NCBI RefSeq assembly: GCF_000150275.1
Contig: NW_002060970.1
Span: 84,197 to 148,196, forward strand
DNA from: Trichoplax adhaerens
Lineage: Eukaryota > Animalia > Placozoa
Length of the DNA: 64,000 bases
Direction of reading: 5' to 3'
Shown: piece after piece, positions 1 through 12,810 of the stretch
Layout of the letters: each line of letters opens with the position of its first letter
How positions within the stretch are numbered: position 1 is the stretch's first letter
Made by a program: the position numbers and the translations under genes
Notes under the pieces: generated by a model
What the model saw: the letters and a program-made list of their open reading frames with translations, nothing else
Told to the model about the DNA's origin: nothing
Databases searched by the model: none

Positions 1-184
1 TAAAATATTTGTCTAAAAGTTTATAATCGCTCTTTCGCCGATTACTTTCTTAGAAGTAAATATTTGCTACCAACGAAATTAAGCATTTATCTTTCTAAAT
101 TAGAAAAGTTTTTTAATGTTATGATCAAATTTACGATTAAATATGAGAAATAAATTGATCTGGTTTATATAATTTTTTGTCAAG

Positions 185-3100
185 ATATGCAAGATATTTA
201 TCAGTTCTTCACTACTGACAACAAATCGACCATCGCAAAATACACTGCAACCTCAGATGTACAAGAAAAAGTAAATACCAATTTGTATAGCTCTGGAAGT
301 ACATTCACATTTGATTACAACAAGAAAAGCCTCTCTTCCAGAATTGAACCAAATATCTATTTAACTACCGTTGACGATATTGAGTCAGCTTCCTCGTTCT
401 CTCAGCTATATTCTAGCTGTTATCAGCCGTCCATAAGCCACTGGCCTACATTTTCGTCACAATCTATCTTGAATAGTAATCAGAATATCAATACAAATGC
501 AGATAGACTCAATAGTGTTTCCTTCAAATCCTTAGCCGGTAAGCCATAGAACTTCGTAAAGTAATAAACTAGTGGAACCATTTAATGTAGTTACGATGTT
601 AGCATTGTTATCGATTCATGTTACAGTGTTATGCACTGTAATATCGAGATTATAGTAGAAACATCTATGACAGGATAATTTTGTTGATTTACCCTTATAT
701 GAACGGTTTCTAATTTAGATAAGTGATATTTAAGTATAGCATTAGTTTTTATGGTGATATATACAGCCTACTGAAATTAATAGTTTAATTAGGAAATCGA
801 GAATAATCTTTTTAAAATTCAAGTCACCGTGATTGAGATTTAATTATGGTAGATTGTATATTATCGTAGAAATGTTCCGTGATTGGACATATTGTAATTT
901 GACAATTTTGTATTAGTCATTCGATGTCTATGTTCGTAAATACTGTTGTCTTCATTAGGTAGCAGTAGATAAAATTAGCTTTAGATTCACTATCAGATTT
1001 CAACATTAATATTACTAGCTAGAATGCCTTTGCTATTGTAAAAGAGTATATAAAAGCGATACATCGTATACTAAAGTTAGTTCTTATGATTATTGTTTAA
1101 CGTAAGATACGAGGCGTCTAAGTCTTTTTGTAGTCTACTGCTATAGGAAAACTGTTCCTGAAAGAGTAGATGTTGCTCCCTGATACGTGGTTTAGGGAAT
1201 CGACTGATTGATCATGCATTACGTTATCTTATTGCAAAGCTGTTTTGTAACTATTCATAAATAAGTAATCAATAATTTTTTTAATTAAATTGATTAAACT
1301 TGCCTAATATTCAACAGCGTCTACTGACATCGATGTAACTACGCATCAGATCCCCTTCCATCCTACACCTACAGACCAAGACATTACTTTTAATCCTTTC
1401 GAGGAGGTGCTATAATAGTTATCTCTAATACAAACACGATGAAATCTTTTACTATATTTGCATTTGTTATTATTTTAGTATTCTAAAGTTCCTATTGTAA
1501 CAGCAAATGATACACTCAGGGCATTAGCAAAAATTAATGAAGAACTAGCGATCCATCCAATTCTAACAGTTCAAACAGCAAAGATTTACGGTCAAGGTTT
1601 AAATCAACTTATATCCAAGCTTATCACAAATGCATCAAATACTGAATTAATTATAGCATTATCACAGGTAAAATAAGTATTAGAATATGAGTGAAATTTA
1701 GTTTATTGCATCTTTAATAAAATTAGAATTAATTCTAAATTACGTACATTTTTTTAATTTCAATCTGAATGAATACTAAAATAAGTCTATGATCAAAACG
1801 GTGGAATCTGTCAGCCGCACAATTTCAGCTCAATCTGATAAGGTCTGCTAATAGCTTAGTTTTCGTAATAGTGAATTTTTACCGTGTAAATATTGTGTAA
1901 TATTCTAAATTTTGCATTTTAATTTAATTTGTTAAGGTCAATAATTTAAATAACTATCTCAATGATGCAGTATATGTGAATTGTAAAACAACCTATTTTT
2001 CATATTATTCTTAAGTACCAGTCGTGAAAATTTCGTAGTAAAAGGAACTTCATTACAGATTTTTGTTAGATTTCTACAGTTTTCAGATTATGATTTCAAC
2101 TGATACCATGATCATATTTGTACCGGTTGTAGTTAATTATAAATCTGATTATCCTATTGACAAGGATTGATAGTTTTCAAAGTTTAGGAATAATATAATT
2201 TTCCTGTAGATGCATCCTCAATAATTTAATTTTATTATATAAGAATTTCTTTACATCTCCGTGCATCATTTCATGTTCTAAACTGCCGTAGCATGAACTT
2301 TTTAATGCTATCAATTAGTTCTAAACGTATATAGATTAAGAAATTTAGATTACACCTTAATATAGTTACTCTCAAATGATTTCGTCTATTCCTCGATTTG
2401 GTAAGCAGAAAATAGAATTATCTATAAATTATACGAAGATATTGGACAGATTTTTCTTACGTGTGGCCGATAATTTGTTTCTGGGTCAATCATTAAACAT
2501 AACAGACGGCGAAACAGGTAAAATTATTATGATTCCAAGTAATTTTAGAAATTATGAGTAATATCTAGTAGCAAATATAGTTAAACTTGATTACAATGTC
2601 CAAAAATTTTAAAGTGGTCAAGATTCAAAATTCGAAACTTTTGGATTACAGAATATTATTAATAACTAATTATGAAAACAGCCAAAATCAAGAGATTTTA
2701 TTTATTTAATTAACCCGTTAGTAAATATCTATTTATTAATATGGTTATAATGATTAGGAGATACAATTATCAAAATCCAAAAGCAGCAACTTCCTGCCAA
2801 TATTTATCATAATTTTACTGCAGTATTCAACCTTACATCTTCAAACCAAAATGGGATTACGATGCATTTATTCAATGTTTTCTATAATCAAAGTTTGTAT
2901 TGAATTAAGATTCTTTCTCATGCTAATTATCAAAAATTTGATTTGAAACCTAGATTAAGAACAAATCAACTTATAGATGAATTTGCACTTGAGTATTAGA
3001 CAATCAATACTTATACTATACTACTTTGTGTAGGTCAGACCATTAATATTTTAACCGGAATTTACCCCTTTTTGCGGAATGAAATTACACAAGGAGCTGC

Positions 3101-6100
3101 AAGGTAAGTCAATTTTGATATTTGCATATCTAGATTTTTTTGGCAATCGATACATGATTAAATTTTGTGGAGACTATCAAATTATAATTAAGACATAATA
3201 GCAGCAATGGTAACTAATTTCTTTTTACTTTAGCGATGATATTATTTCCGATATAATAACGTGTAAGATAGATCCGTATCCACCAGGGGAATCAGAATTA
3301 AACTTCCATTATAGTATTATCAAATCGGAGAATATTCCGCATCAGTATATCAATGTAAGGGGTTAAAATGTGATTTCAAGTTTGGTCAATTCAATTTTAT
3401 TAGGAAATGCTCTTATTAGTACATCAGTTTTTAAATATCATATCTTTTTAACTATTTCTAAAATCTCTTAATTGTTGTAATGTAAAGATATCAAAATAAA
3501 TATAATTGAAGTTAAGAGAGCGCATTTATAGTACTAAATTCAGTTCCATTAGTGACTTTCTGATTATTTTAAATCAAGCAAAGAACGTTAGCAATCAGTT
3601 TTAAGCCGACTAATGGCAAAGTTTATGTTTTGATGTGCTAGCTACTAGTATAGTAAATCAAAACATATTTCACAAGTGAGTTTTAACTCTTTTAGGGCAC
3701 AAAATCGCAGGTACTTAAGTGCGTTTATTTAAATCTTACAACAAGGTATGTTAATTTAATTGCTGATTTAAGTATAAAAAATCATTAATATACAGCATAA
3801 AATAATTAAACTGACCTTCCAGCGATTTAAGAATCATTGTAACGTAATTTTACCTTACATGATTATATGCATATGCCAAACAGGAAATGGTCTCATTCTG
3901 GATGCACTTTAAATCCTGAGATTTCGAAATATGCCATGTGTAACTGCAATCATTTAACACATTTTGCCATCATGTTTCAATTCAGTAATGTTAGTAGATG
4001 TAAACGGATTCTATAAAGGAATTAATAGATTCCAATTTATAATTGCATTTTGACGGTCAGATATTTAATATGCGGTCCAATAACTGTATAGTATCTGTAG
4101 CAATGTATTAATTGGTCATTTTATATCTGATAGCTCAATGATGTTCAATCGCTACTGGCTCCAATTATAATTATTGAATATATTGGTATCGGATTTTCCA
4201 TAATTTGCATTGCTATGACTCTTATAGTTTACGGAATTTTAAGGTACTACGCCAATTTTCAGTAATGAAATTGTAAAATATACGTACCCTATGCTTAAAT
4301 AAAAAATAATACAATAGCGTGAAGATACTTCGTAACTATACTTACTTTTAGCCTGTATTGGTTACCTTTTAAATAAGTAATTTTCCGTAGAGATTCAATT
4401 TAATAAACGTAGTAATGAAATAAAATAAAATATTCCCAATAATAAATCATTCCTCTTATTTTCGGTTTATTAGGCTTAAATCTGATCGATTCATAATTCA
4501 TCGAAACTTGCTAGTCGCTTTATTCTTATTGCAGTGTTCTATTATAGCTGGATCTCAATCAGTAGAAAATAAGGTAGACTGGTTTAAGACATATTTTCTA
4601 TAGAATATTCTTCTAAATATTAAGTTGGTAACACGCTATGATCATAATTATTACTAGTAAGCATATACTAGTTATACTTCGCGTACTGTATATATATATT
4701 ATACATTCTATACGTACTTGTACTTTTTACTTTACTATTTTTAAAAACAATTTTATTGCCTTTAAAAAATGCAGAAATTATCATTTTCTCGTTAATAAAT
4801 AGAGCAAATCACTTATACTTAAAATTTCATTACTATCAACCATGTTTAAAGCTTTAATTTAATCTTATACTTATAGACTTTGCTGTAATTATTTTTATTT
4901 TTTAATTTATATTTGCATAGACCTAAGCAGTGTGTCCTAAACCTATTTTTTTGTTTGATTGCGCGTTATAGAATCTGTGTACCACAATGGCAATCTTGAC
5001 ACATTTCTTTTGCGTAGCAACGTTCTCCTGGATGTTAATCGAAGCTATCCATTTGTATTTTCTCATCATCACAGTCTTTACCAAAAAGAATCGAATTTCA
5101 ATTTATTACTTCGTCGGTTGGGGTACGTTTTACAAGCGTAATCAATCTTAGACTCAAAGACGGTATAGTAAATGCACCGTATTTAGACAAGTTTTCATTG
5201 CAGGCTTGCCGATTATTACGGTTGCAGTAACATTAACGGCCAAATTTGAAGGTTACGTAAACGATACGGGGTCAGTAGTGGCGAAATGCTAATATCATAA
5301 GCCAATTATCAAAAATTTCATTGCTATATCTATTATAAGAATTCTATTAGCTAGCAAAAAATGATAAATTTACAATCAATAATGATCTATGAGCTTTAAG
5401 GTCGCAATAAGATATTTTAAATTCTAATTTCTCTATAATAAATTGGCCATATTTTATATTGGTTTTATAATAGGATTTCTAATTTAAATAAATGCTGGTT
5501 AAACTTACAAGATGGGTTTAAATGGGCAATCGTAGGACCTGTTATTTCAATTATTGTTGTGTGTATTTAATAGGCAGCGTACTATAATAGTATATTTCTG
5601 AAATTTATACAGCATATGTATCTATTTATAAATTCATAAGGTATCAAATTTGATTTAGAAAAGATATTTAAAAGAAGGATCTTTTAATTCAAATTTGTAT
5701 TGTCTTATATTATATAGGTTAATACTGTCGTAATGATTTGTGTAGTCAAGGTTACTGTTTCATCTACTATAGCTGATGCTTATAAAAATGATAGCCGTAA
5801 AGGAAGATTGCAGGGTACTAAGTAAGTTGAAAAGGAGACATATTAAAAAATTTAAATGATTTATTCAATAGATAAAAATTAAACTTATTGAACGTTTCAT
5901 CCATAGATCAATGGTCAAGGCTAGCGCAATACTAACGCCTATTCTAGGTCTAACATGGCTGCTGGCTTTAATTCCGATTACAAAGCAAACCATTGTATTT
6001 ACCTATCTCTCCGTCATATTAAATTCTTGCCAGGTAATAATTTATGGATGTTACTTTTGAATAAAGTCGTATAATTGCCAATATATATGCAAGAAATACA

Positions 6101-8282
6101 TACTAGTGTCACGGTACGAACTACCGTGAAGAAATAGCTATCTAAATTTGGTTAATATAGTATAGTGATATTATATTACAACTAGTTACTTACAATAGGA
6201 ATTACTCTAATTATAAATGTGTTACAGTAAATTTATTGCTGTGCTGTAATATGTGCTGAAATGATTCTGTGAATGGACATATTGTAGTCCGACTGTGAAA
6301 AACTAGTTAGTAGATGTTCTCACCCAAGTGTTATTATAAGATGACTTGTGAATGTTAGCTGCTGTAGAAGGGTATATAAACCCGTCAGATAGTTGAATAA
6401 AGCAGTTCTCAATTGTATAGTTGTTTTAACGTAGAATCAAAGGCGTCTAAATTCTTGTAAGTAGGGATACTGAATCCCGGAGACTATAGTAATTTAGAGA
6501 TTTGTTTTACGTTATACTTGTCACGAAGTTGGTTTGTGACAACTAGATCTTTCGGGTCTCTTCTCTATCATACTGGTATAATCTATAAAGTAGAATAAGT
6601 AGGGATTTTTCAATAGTGCTCACTGTTCGTACTAATTATTTTGCATGATCAAACCTTTGATTCATGGTCTTCGATGTATTTTCTATATCAGCGTATTACA
6701 AATATTTTACCTTATAAAAATTCTTTCTGATCATTTTCAATATCTGTATAATTCTTTATTTGCTGTTTGCAGGGTATTACTATCTTCGTGTTCCATTGCG
6801 TTTTAAGTAGTGAGGTAAGATTAAAAATTTTTAACAATAATAAGCTATTACAACTGGCTTTTGAAGTATGAAGACGCATGTTACAGTGTTATATACTGTA
6901 TTACAGTAGAAATATCTATGTTAGGATAATTCTATTAGACTATCCTTATTTAGTTAACTTCTAATTTGGATATACTGTGTTTTAATATAGTACTGACTTT
7001 TTATGACAGTGACACTTATACACATACTGAAATTAATAGTTATAATAGGGAATGCAAATCATCTACTTACAGTTCGAATCATTGTGATTGTAATTTACTT
7101 ATGCTAGATTGTAAATTATCATGGAAATGTTCCGTGATAGGACATATCGTAATCTGACTATTCTGTATTAGTCATTACATGTCTATGTTTGTAAATACTG
7201 TTGTCTGCATTAAGGGAGCAGTAGCTAAAATTAATATCTAATTCAGTAAATGATTCCGAGGTTAATTGTATTAACTATGACTCATGAACTATTGAGAAGT
7301 AGTATATAAATGCAGTATATCGTGAAATAAAGGGAATTCTCCAACTTAGTGTTTAACGTAAAATACGAGGCGTTTAAGTCTTTGTGTAGTCTGCTAGTAG
7401 AGCAAAAGTGTTTGTGATAATGTAGATATCGTTCCTTGATACGTGGTTCAAGGAATTGACTTATTGATCGTATATTACGTTATCTTGCTGCAAAGCTGCT
7501 TTGTGACAACGCAATATATCAGAACAAATTGTCGGATATTAGAAGAATGAATTTTGTTTTTTGACGACTGTACTACACAACCAGAGAGTATGATCAATTA
7601 AAAAGTAGGAAACTGAAATATATTGTCTAACAGGTTCGTCAGAAATATACGCTTTTAATATCAAGGCGAAGTGCCGTACAATCTTCGAATAAGGTAAATA
7701 GTATAAGGATAAGGTTGATTCATTATTGTACATCAATTAAAAGTAGCGATATAACGTATAAAGCGAAATAATTATATAATAAATTTTTTTAATGTTATTA
7801 TTGTGATTACCAAGCTCTTTTTCTTAAATACGTAGGCTTCCTTATTTATTGAGGACAACGCAAACCTAAAAACTGATAATTCAGTAAAGAAAGGCAAGTC
7901 ATTGTTCAAGCTATTGCATTTCTACTAGCAAATGATAATCGATGTTTAATCTCATTTATATCCTAGCAAGTATTATGATAAAATTTCTGCTTAATTAATT
8001 TAACCGAGATAGAAAATAACAAAATGTACGTCATTATTACGTAGATGATTTAAAAGTGGTACGGATAACATCGGTAAGCTTGTATTGCACTAGCTGAAAA
8101 ATATTCTTAGTAAAAGGTTCCATCAATAATATTGCGAAAATCATATAGACATGTTAACTTTGTTTGATACTTATTAGCTTATTTGCTTATATCCCTCTCT
8201 CCGACTATGTATATAAAATATTTATGAACAGTCCAGATCTCTGACCAACCACAAAGAAAATTATATTAATCACCCTAACTAA
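185..8282 (+). CDS. Adhesion GPCR paralogue A (stalk end, GAIN/GPS, secretin-type 7TM, C-tail); 5' part lies upstream of the window
   Basis: Spliced exons 185-538, 1318-1406, 1479-1667, 1786-1842, 2409-2517, 2758-2892, 3034-3103, 3234-3354, 3696-3745, 3884-3989 (GPS: KWSHSGC...CNCNHLTHFAIMF), then TM exons (e.g. THFFCVATFSWMLIEAIHLY, KCWLNLQDGFKWAIVGP, LTPILGLTWLL, LNSCQG) to a stop at 8280-8282. Collinear exon-for-exon with paralogue B; no frame break found. Confidence 0.93.
619..1252 (+). mobile_element. Solo-LTR-like element, family A, in an intron of aGPCR A
   Basis: TGTTAC...GTAACT termini, 5-bp TSD ATTCA/ATTCA, TATATAAA near 1047. Absent from the matching intron of paralogue B. Homologous to the copies at 6879, 29029 and 55595. 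Confidence 0.9.
6107..6541 (+). mobile_element. Solo-LTR-like element, family C (short relative of A), in an intron of aGPCR A
   Basis: TGTCAC...GTGACA, TSD ACTAG/ACTAG, TATATAAA at 6373 followed by AATAAA at 6396; empty site in paralogue B. Confidence 0.9.
6879..7508 (+). mobile_element. Solo-LTR-like element, family A
   Basis: TGTTAC...GTGACA, TSD ACGCA/ACGCA, TATATAAA then AATAAA at about 7303-7331; empty site in paralogue B near 31610. Confidence 0.92.
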
Positions 8283-8324
8283 AGAGCTTTCGTGAAACAA
8301 AGAGAGAAGCTAGATTTTGTTTAT

Positions 8325-8764
8325 TGTCACGGTAGTGAATCTACCGTAATGAATGATATCTTACTTAATTTAGACATGTATACGTATCACGATAAGATAG
8401 TTATTGATTTGGATATGTGCATGAATTATTTTATGACTTAATATAGCCGATACAAACCTGTTCCTGATACAGGTTAAATTATACTAAATATAGTATATGA
8501 ATTGTCAATGGTAAATTTAATATAAATCCTGTTAATTATAAGCTAGAGCAAACATAAAGTTAATCTATAGTAATATTAAAAATTCATTGGATTAGACTAG
8601 CAGTCATTTAATGCATTCACGAAATCTTATTGATCGAAATATATTACACATCGTAAACCGAATAAAGATATAGTTAGAAGATTCAGAAAGTGCATTTCTC
8701 AGTTATTGTTACTTGTCTAGGGTAATCTAATTAGTTTAGATTAGGCAAGTGTAGTTAAGTAACA
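8325..8764 (+). mobile_element. Solo-LTR-like element (family E) in the 3' UTR region of aGPCR A
   Basis: TGTCAC...GTAACA with flanks GTTTAT/GTTTAC. Paralogue B is continuous across this site (about 32425). Confidence 0.8.
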
Positions 8765-9379
8765 GTTTACAATACTTTAAATGAATAAAACTAAGTAAGT
8801 TGGCTATTACCTTTAATATTATTATCTGCAAGGATTCAATATGTTTGGTATTTTATGGCACTGATTTATTTCATACGGTAACTGTTTTATAAACTGCAGT
8901 TTATAACATCCTATAGGATCAAGTACAATTAACCTTGCAGAAACTTTCAGCTAAATTATTGTATATGTATTATGGTGTATATGCGACTCCATGCTAATTA
9001 CATTTTTAATGACAAATGATAAGCTGATGGAGATTGTTATAATTTAAAAAGTATGGACAGGAAATAGCTTAGTAAAAAATAGATGCAATTTTTTGCAACA
9101 ATTGTAGCACACTCTATTTGATAGTCATAATAGATAAACGCTAATGCGAGACTTGAAAGCTGAAAGTGCTATCGTATAATAATTGAAATATATAGAAATC
9201 TATCGTATCTCATTTGCAAGAAATATTTTGATAATTAATGTATTTGATGTCAAACAATTTTCTTGTAGACATAATTGTCTAAGCTGTAATGGTGCAAAGC
9301 TAGAAGAATCATTGCTTCATTATGCAAAGGCTATTTAGACTATAACCGGATAATTTAACGCACACACTTTACCGCATTG

Positions 9380-9520
9380 TATTAATTTTACGCTGTATAG
9401 GATTGAATGCTGTAAATATTTAGTCCACCCTTGTTGTATTAAAACAGGTACATTACAGCATTAGTTTAAATTTACGGTGTATAGGATTGAACACTACAAA
9501 GTATTCAATTCATGTCCGTA
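9380..9520. repeat. Two-copy direct repeat with a period of about 84 bp
   Basis: ttacgctgtataggattgaa at about 9388 and ttacggtgtataggattgaa at about 9472. Confidence 0.6.
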
Positions 9521-11181
9521 ATATCAAATCCGTATTGACATTGTTTTCGTCCTATACTACACATTGCACAGAGATAAATTGTCTTAGACCCTGTTGGATC
9601 AAGTCCTAGCGTATACGATTAGAAGTTACTTCGTAAAATGGTACTTTACCAAATAATATCGGGTTGTCATGCATTACGTTTCTTGATGTAACTTATAAAA
9701 TGGTACATATACTCGTATGTAACAACGAGAGTATTGTAATCGATGTAAAAATTACTTTTCCTATAGGATATCGTAGATATCGACAAGAAATAGTTATTTT
9801 AAGCTTCATGATAACGTATTAATGTAGTAGACATGCATAATCATTATTCCGTTACTAGTCTACATAAAATATCCAACTTAATGAAAATAATAATTGCAAA
9901 TAATTAATTTTGACCTGACTAAATTCATCATGTGCAATTAAATAATCATTTATACATCTATCTTTAAGGAGGCATGCTTGCACCTTATTTGAATATCATG
10001 GAGCTTATTATGCAATTTAAAATACGGTGATATGTACTAAATGTTTACCAGGGTGGAAAAACTTCCTAAATTTCCGATTAGTTATGGATTATATACCAGC
10101 ATTCTTGTAAGCATAGACATGTTTATGTATCTATATGCACAACTTTATTGACTTGCCAAGCATGATAATATTTTTCAATTCATAGCTAGTTGTATCTTGA
10201 ATACGAGTATACAATTACATTTCTTATACTCGCCTAACCCATCTTTTCGCTGAAAAAATTCGGTAAGCTTTACATGATCTTCGATACAATCATCGGTTGC
10301 AATCTAGTATCCAGTATTTGATCTTCTTCGATAAAGAATATTCCAATTGTATAAAGCCTTGAAAATATGAGGTGAAACTTGAGATACTTTCTATCTTGAT
10401 TATTACTTAAGTGCTAATAACTTAGTGCATAGACATAATTTATCTCATTTGTCGATGTCAGCGGCGAAAAGCTTTATCTTAAATCACTATTTACTTTGAT
10501 TTAAAATGAATTATAGTGAAGCTTTATCTGGACAAATATGTTTGAAGCCGGTAATACTTTAGCCAATCAATCAAAAACCAATCAAAAAGTTTAATAGAAT
10601 TTTGGGAAATACTTTAGACAATCATGTTTAAAATTTTAAAAATGTTGGTCTGATCCATTTTGCAAATGTAGAGAATAATAACACACTAGTAATCGAATAC
10701 TATTGAACTTCCCTAATCATCTTTTAGCTATAGTTACCTACGATGCTACGATACACTTATAAGACTGTACGCTGAATACGATGTATTACTATATATAGCA
10801 TTAATATATTTAAATTGCTAATGTGTGTTTACTTAAATTCGATATCACCTGAATTTGGTAAATTACAAACATGATATTATCACATGTTGCATAATAATAA
10901 TCGTGATTGATTATGTATATTATTCTACACAAATAATATTCTACACTTGATAATTCAGTATGTTAATGTGGATTGTGTTACGTACACTAAGGAATCCACT
11001 GTTACACAAACTTGCAATAACATTGCGTTATAAGTTTAAACGGCGCACGTATATAAATCACAGTTTTCAATGCGATAAAGAGAGAATAGGAGTTAGAAGT
11101 AATTTTTACAAAAGCTTCAACTATATGTTCATTTTCTTGACTTATGCTAATTGAGAATAGTACGAACCTTGAATACAGTTG

Positions 11182-11724
11182 TGTAAAGCAACTCAGTGTT
11201 GTTATTATAGACTTATAGCCATGTTTAGTATAACGTACAGTAGTCTTTTCTATATTTTTATCTTATGATATATTTAGTAGCCCACAATTATAAACTGTAG
11301 GGATAGACTCTATGCTAAAGTACAGATTACCACATACAGTAAAATTTTGAGCTACTAATAAGGTTACAGTTAGAAATGGAATTTTAAATCATATATTAGG
11401 ATTTCTTAGTTCATTGTACTTTGAGCGGTAGGAATAATGTCTACAAAAATAATGTAATCATTTCATATTGGATTAACGATGGCTTACTATAAAATATTGT
11501 GGCTAATGAAAAGGTGAATATGTGTAAAAATATGGTAGAATATTGCTATGTTGATTGTAGCTGCTAAGGATACAGAGAGTATAAAAGCAGGAGACATTAG
11601 GTTATCTGATTTTTCTTTCTAGAAGTCTTTCAATAATTGTATTCGGCTATAGTAGAGCTGTGAGTAGCTAGTAAAGTTTTAATTTTCTATAACTTTGGAA
11701 TTTTCGTGATAGAATTTTATCCCT
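11182..11724 (+). mobile_element. Solo-LTR-like element, family D (decayed)
   Basis: Full-length similarity to 42134-42697; TSD AGTTG/GGTTG; TATAAAA at about 11580. Confidence 0.85.
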
Positions 11725-11882
11725 GGTTGTTAGTGTTAACTCTAGATAGTAAGATAGTAATACACAACAATATGATCAATTTTTAATTATCTTCTGAATT
11801 TGCAATCAACGGATAAATCCATAATATCATCATTACTTGGGCCAGAGGATATTCTCAGTACGGTTTAAATCTTTAAATTGCA

Positions 11883-12810
11883 TGTCCTATGCGTTATTGT
11901 AATGTATAATATAACTCGCCGCGAAGAACGAGTAACGTGTGAGTAGTGTGCTGAGCCTCCTTCGTTTATTTGGCTATTTATTAGTCATTGCCAATTAAAG
12001 TTGTTTCCTAGTTGTATCTACAGTAAACTGTACAGTTTATTGAGGGTTGTTTCCCTACCCGAACGTGTAATACTGAATTACTTCCAACCCTACAGTATCT
12101 AGTCACTCAAGGAGATTTACCCTCTCTGTAGTGGTCAAAAATAGTTTATGATTTAAAATATTATTGTTAAATTTTACAGTAGTAGCATGTTTACCCAATC
12201 CCTATTTCAGTCAATTCAAGCAATATCTTATTTTAGCTTCGTATACTACTTCTTATTCTAAATTATATTTAATATGGGCCTTGCGAGTGCAAGACCCCAA
12301 GATAGGTATTATTGTCATCCCTCACTTTGGGCCAATCATACGTCATTTACTCAGACGTACCGGTGTCACTTATCAAGGCGGCATACAGTCCCAATTGACC
12401 GCACTATACCACTAACCTCCTTAGCGCTATCCACTAGGCCTATAACACCTGATAGAGTGCCTCTAGCACCGCTAATCTACTATCTTATTTATTCGGAGCT
12501 CAACATAGTCTAGTTTTCCAACAGAACCATGTAAACGTTATGTTGCTTAATTACTATGTGTGCACCACAAGTTTGGTGGTAGGGTATAAAAGGAGGAACG
12601 AATACTCAGCTTCTTAGTTCGTGATTAGATAGTGTTTCGGCTATTCTATTAATAAAACTATACTAAACTCTTAGAACACTCTTATGCCTGTATGAGCATA
12701 AGTAGTATAGAACTATTACTGTTACCACACAGTAGACCTCCAGGTGTAGTGGAGATAGAAATAAGTAATCTATTAGTTTAGGCTAGTAGTTCGTAAGTTA
12801 CGTTTGTGAT
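11883..12810 (+). mobile_element. Probable solo-LTR-like element, single copy in this window
   Basis: TGTC...TTTGTGAT ends with flanks TTGCA/GTGCA. TATAAAA at about 12585 and AATAAA at 12651; locally higher GC. Boundaries uncertain. Confidence 0.55.

Noticed and set aside
9140-9724. Possible additional LTR-like insertion ending GTAACA with a family-A-like subterminal motif
   Set aside because: Absent from the paralogous flank, but no 5' terminus or TSD could be identified, so it is not called.
10880-11770. Possible older LTR (TATATAAA at about 11050) hosting the family D copy
   Set aside because: No convincing termini or TSD.
12164-12513. Two overlapping ORFs as possible gag/pol remnants
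   Set aside because: No recognisable zinc-knuckle, protease, RT or integrase motif. They lie inside an LTR-like non-coding element.
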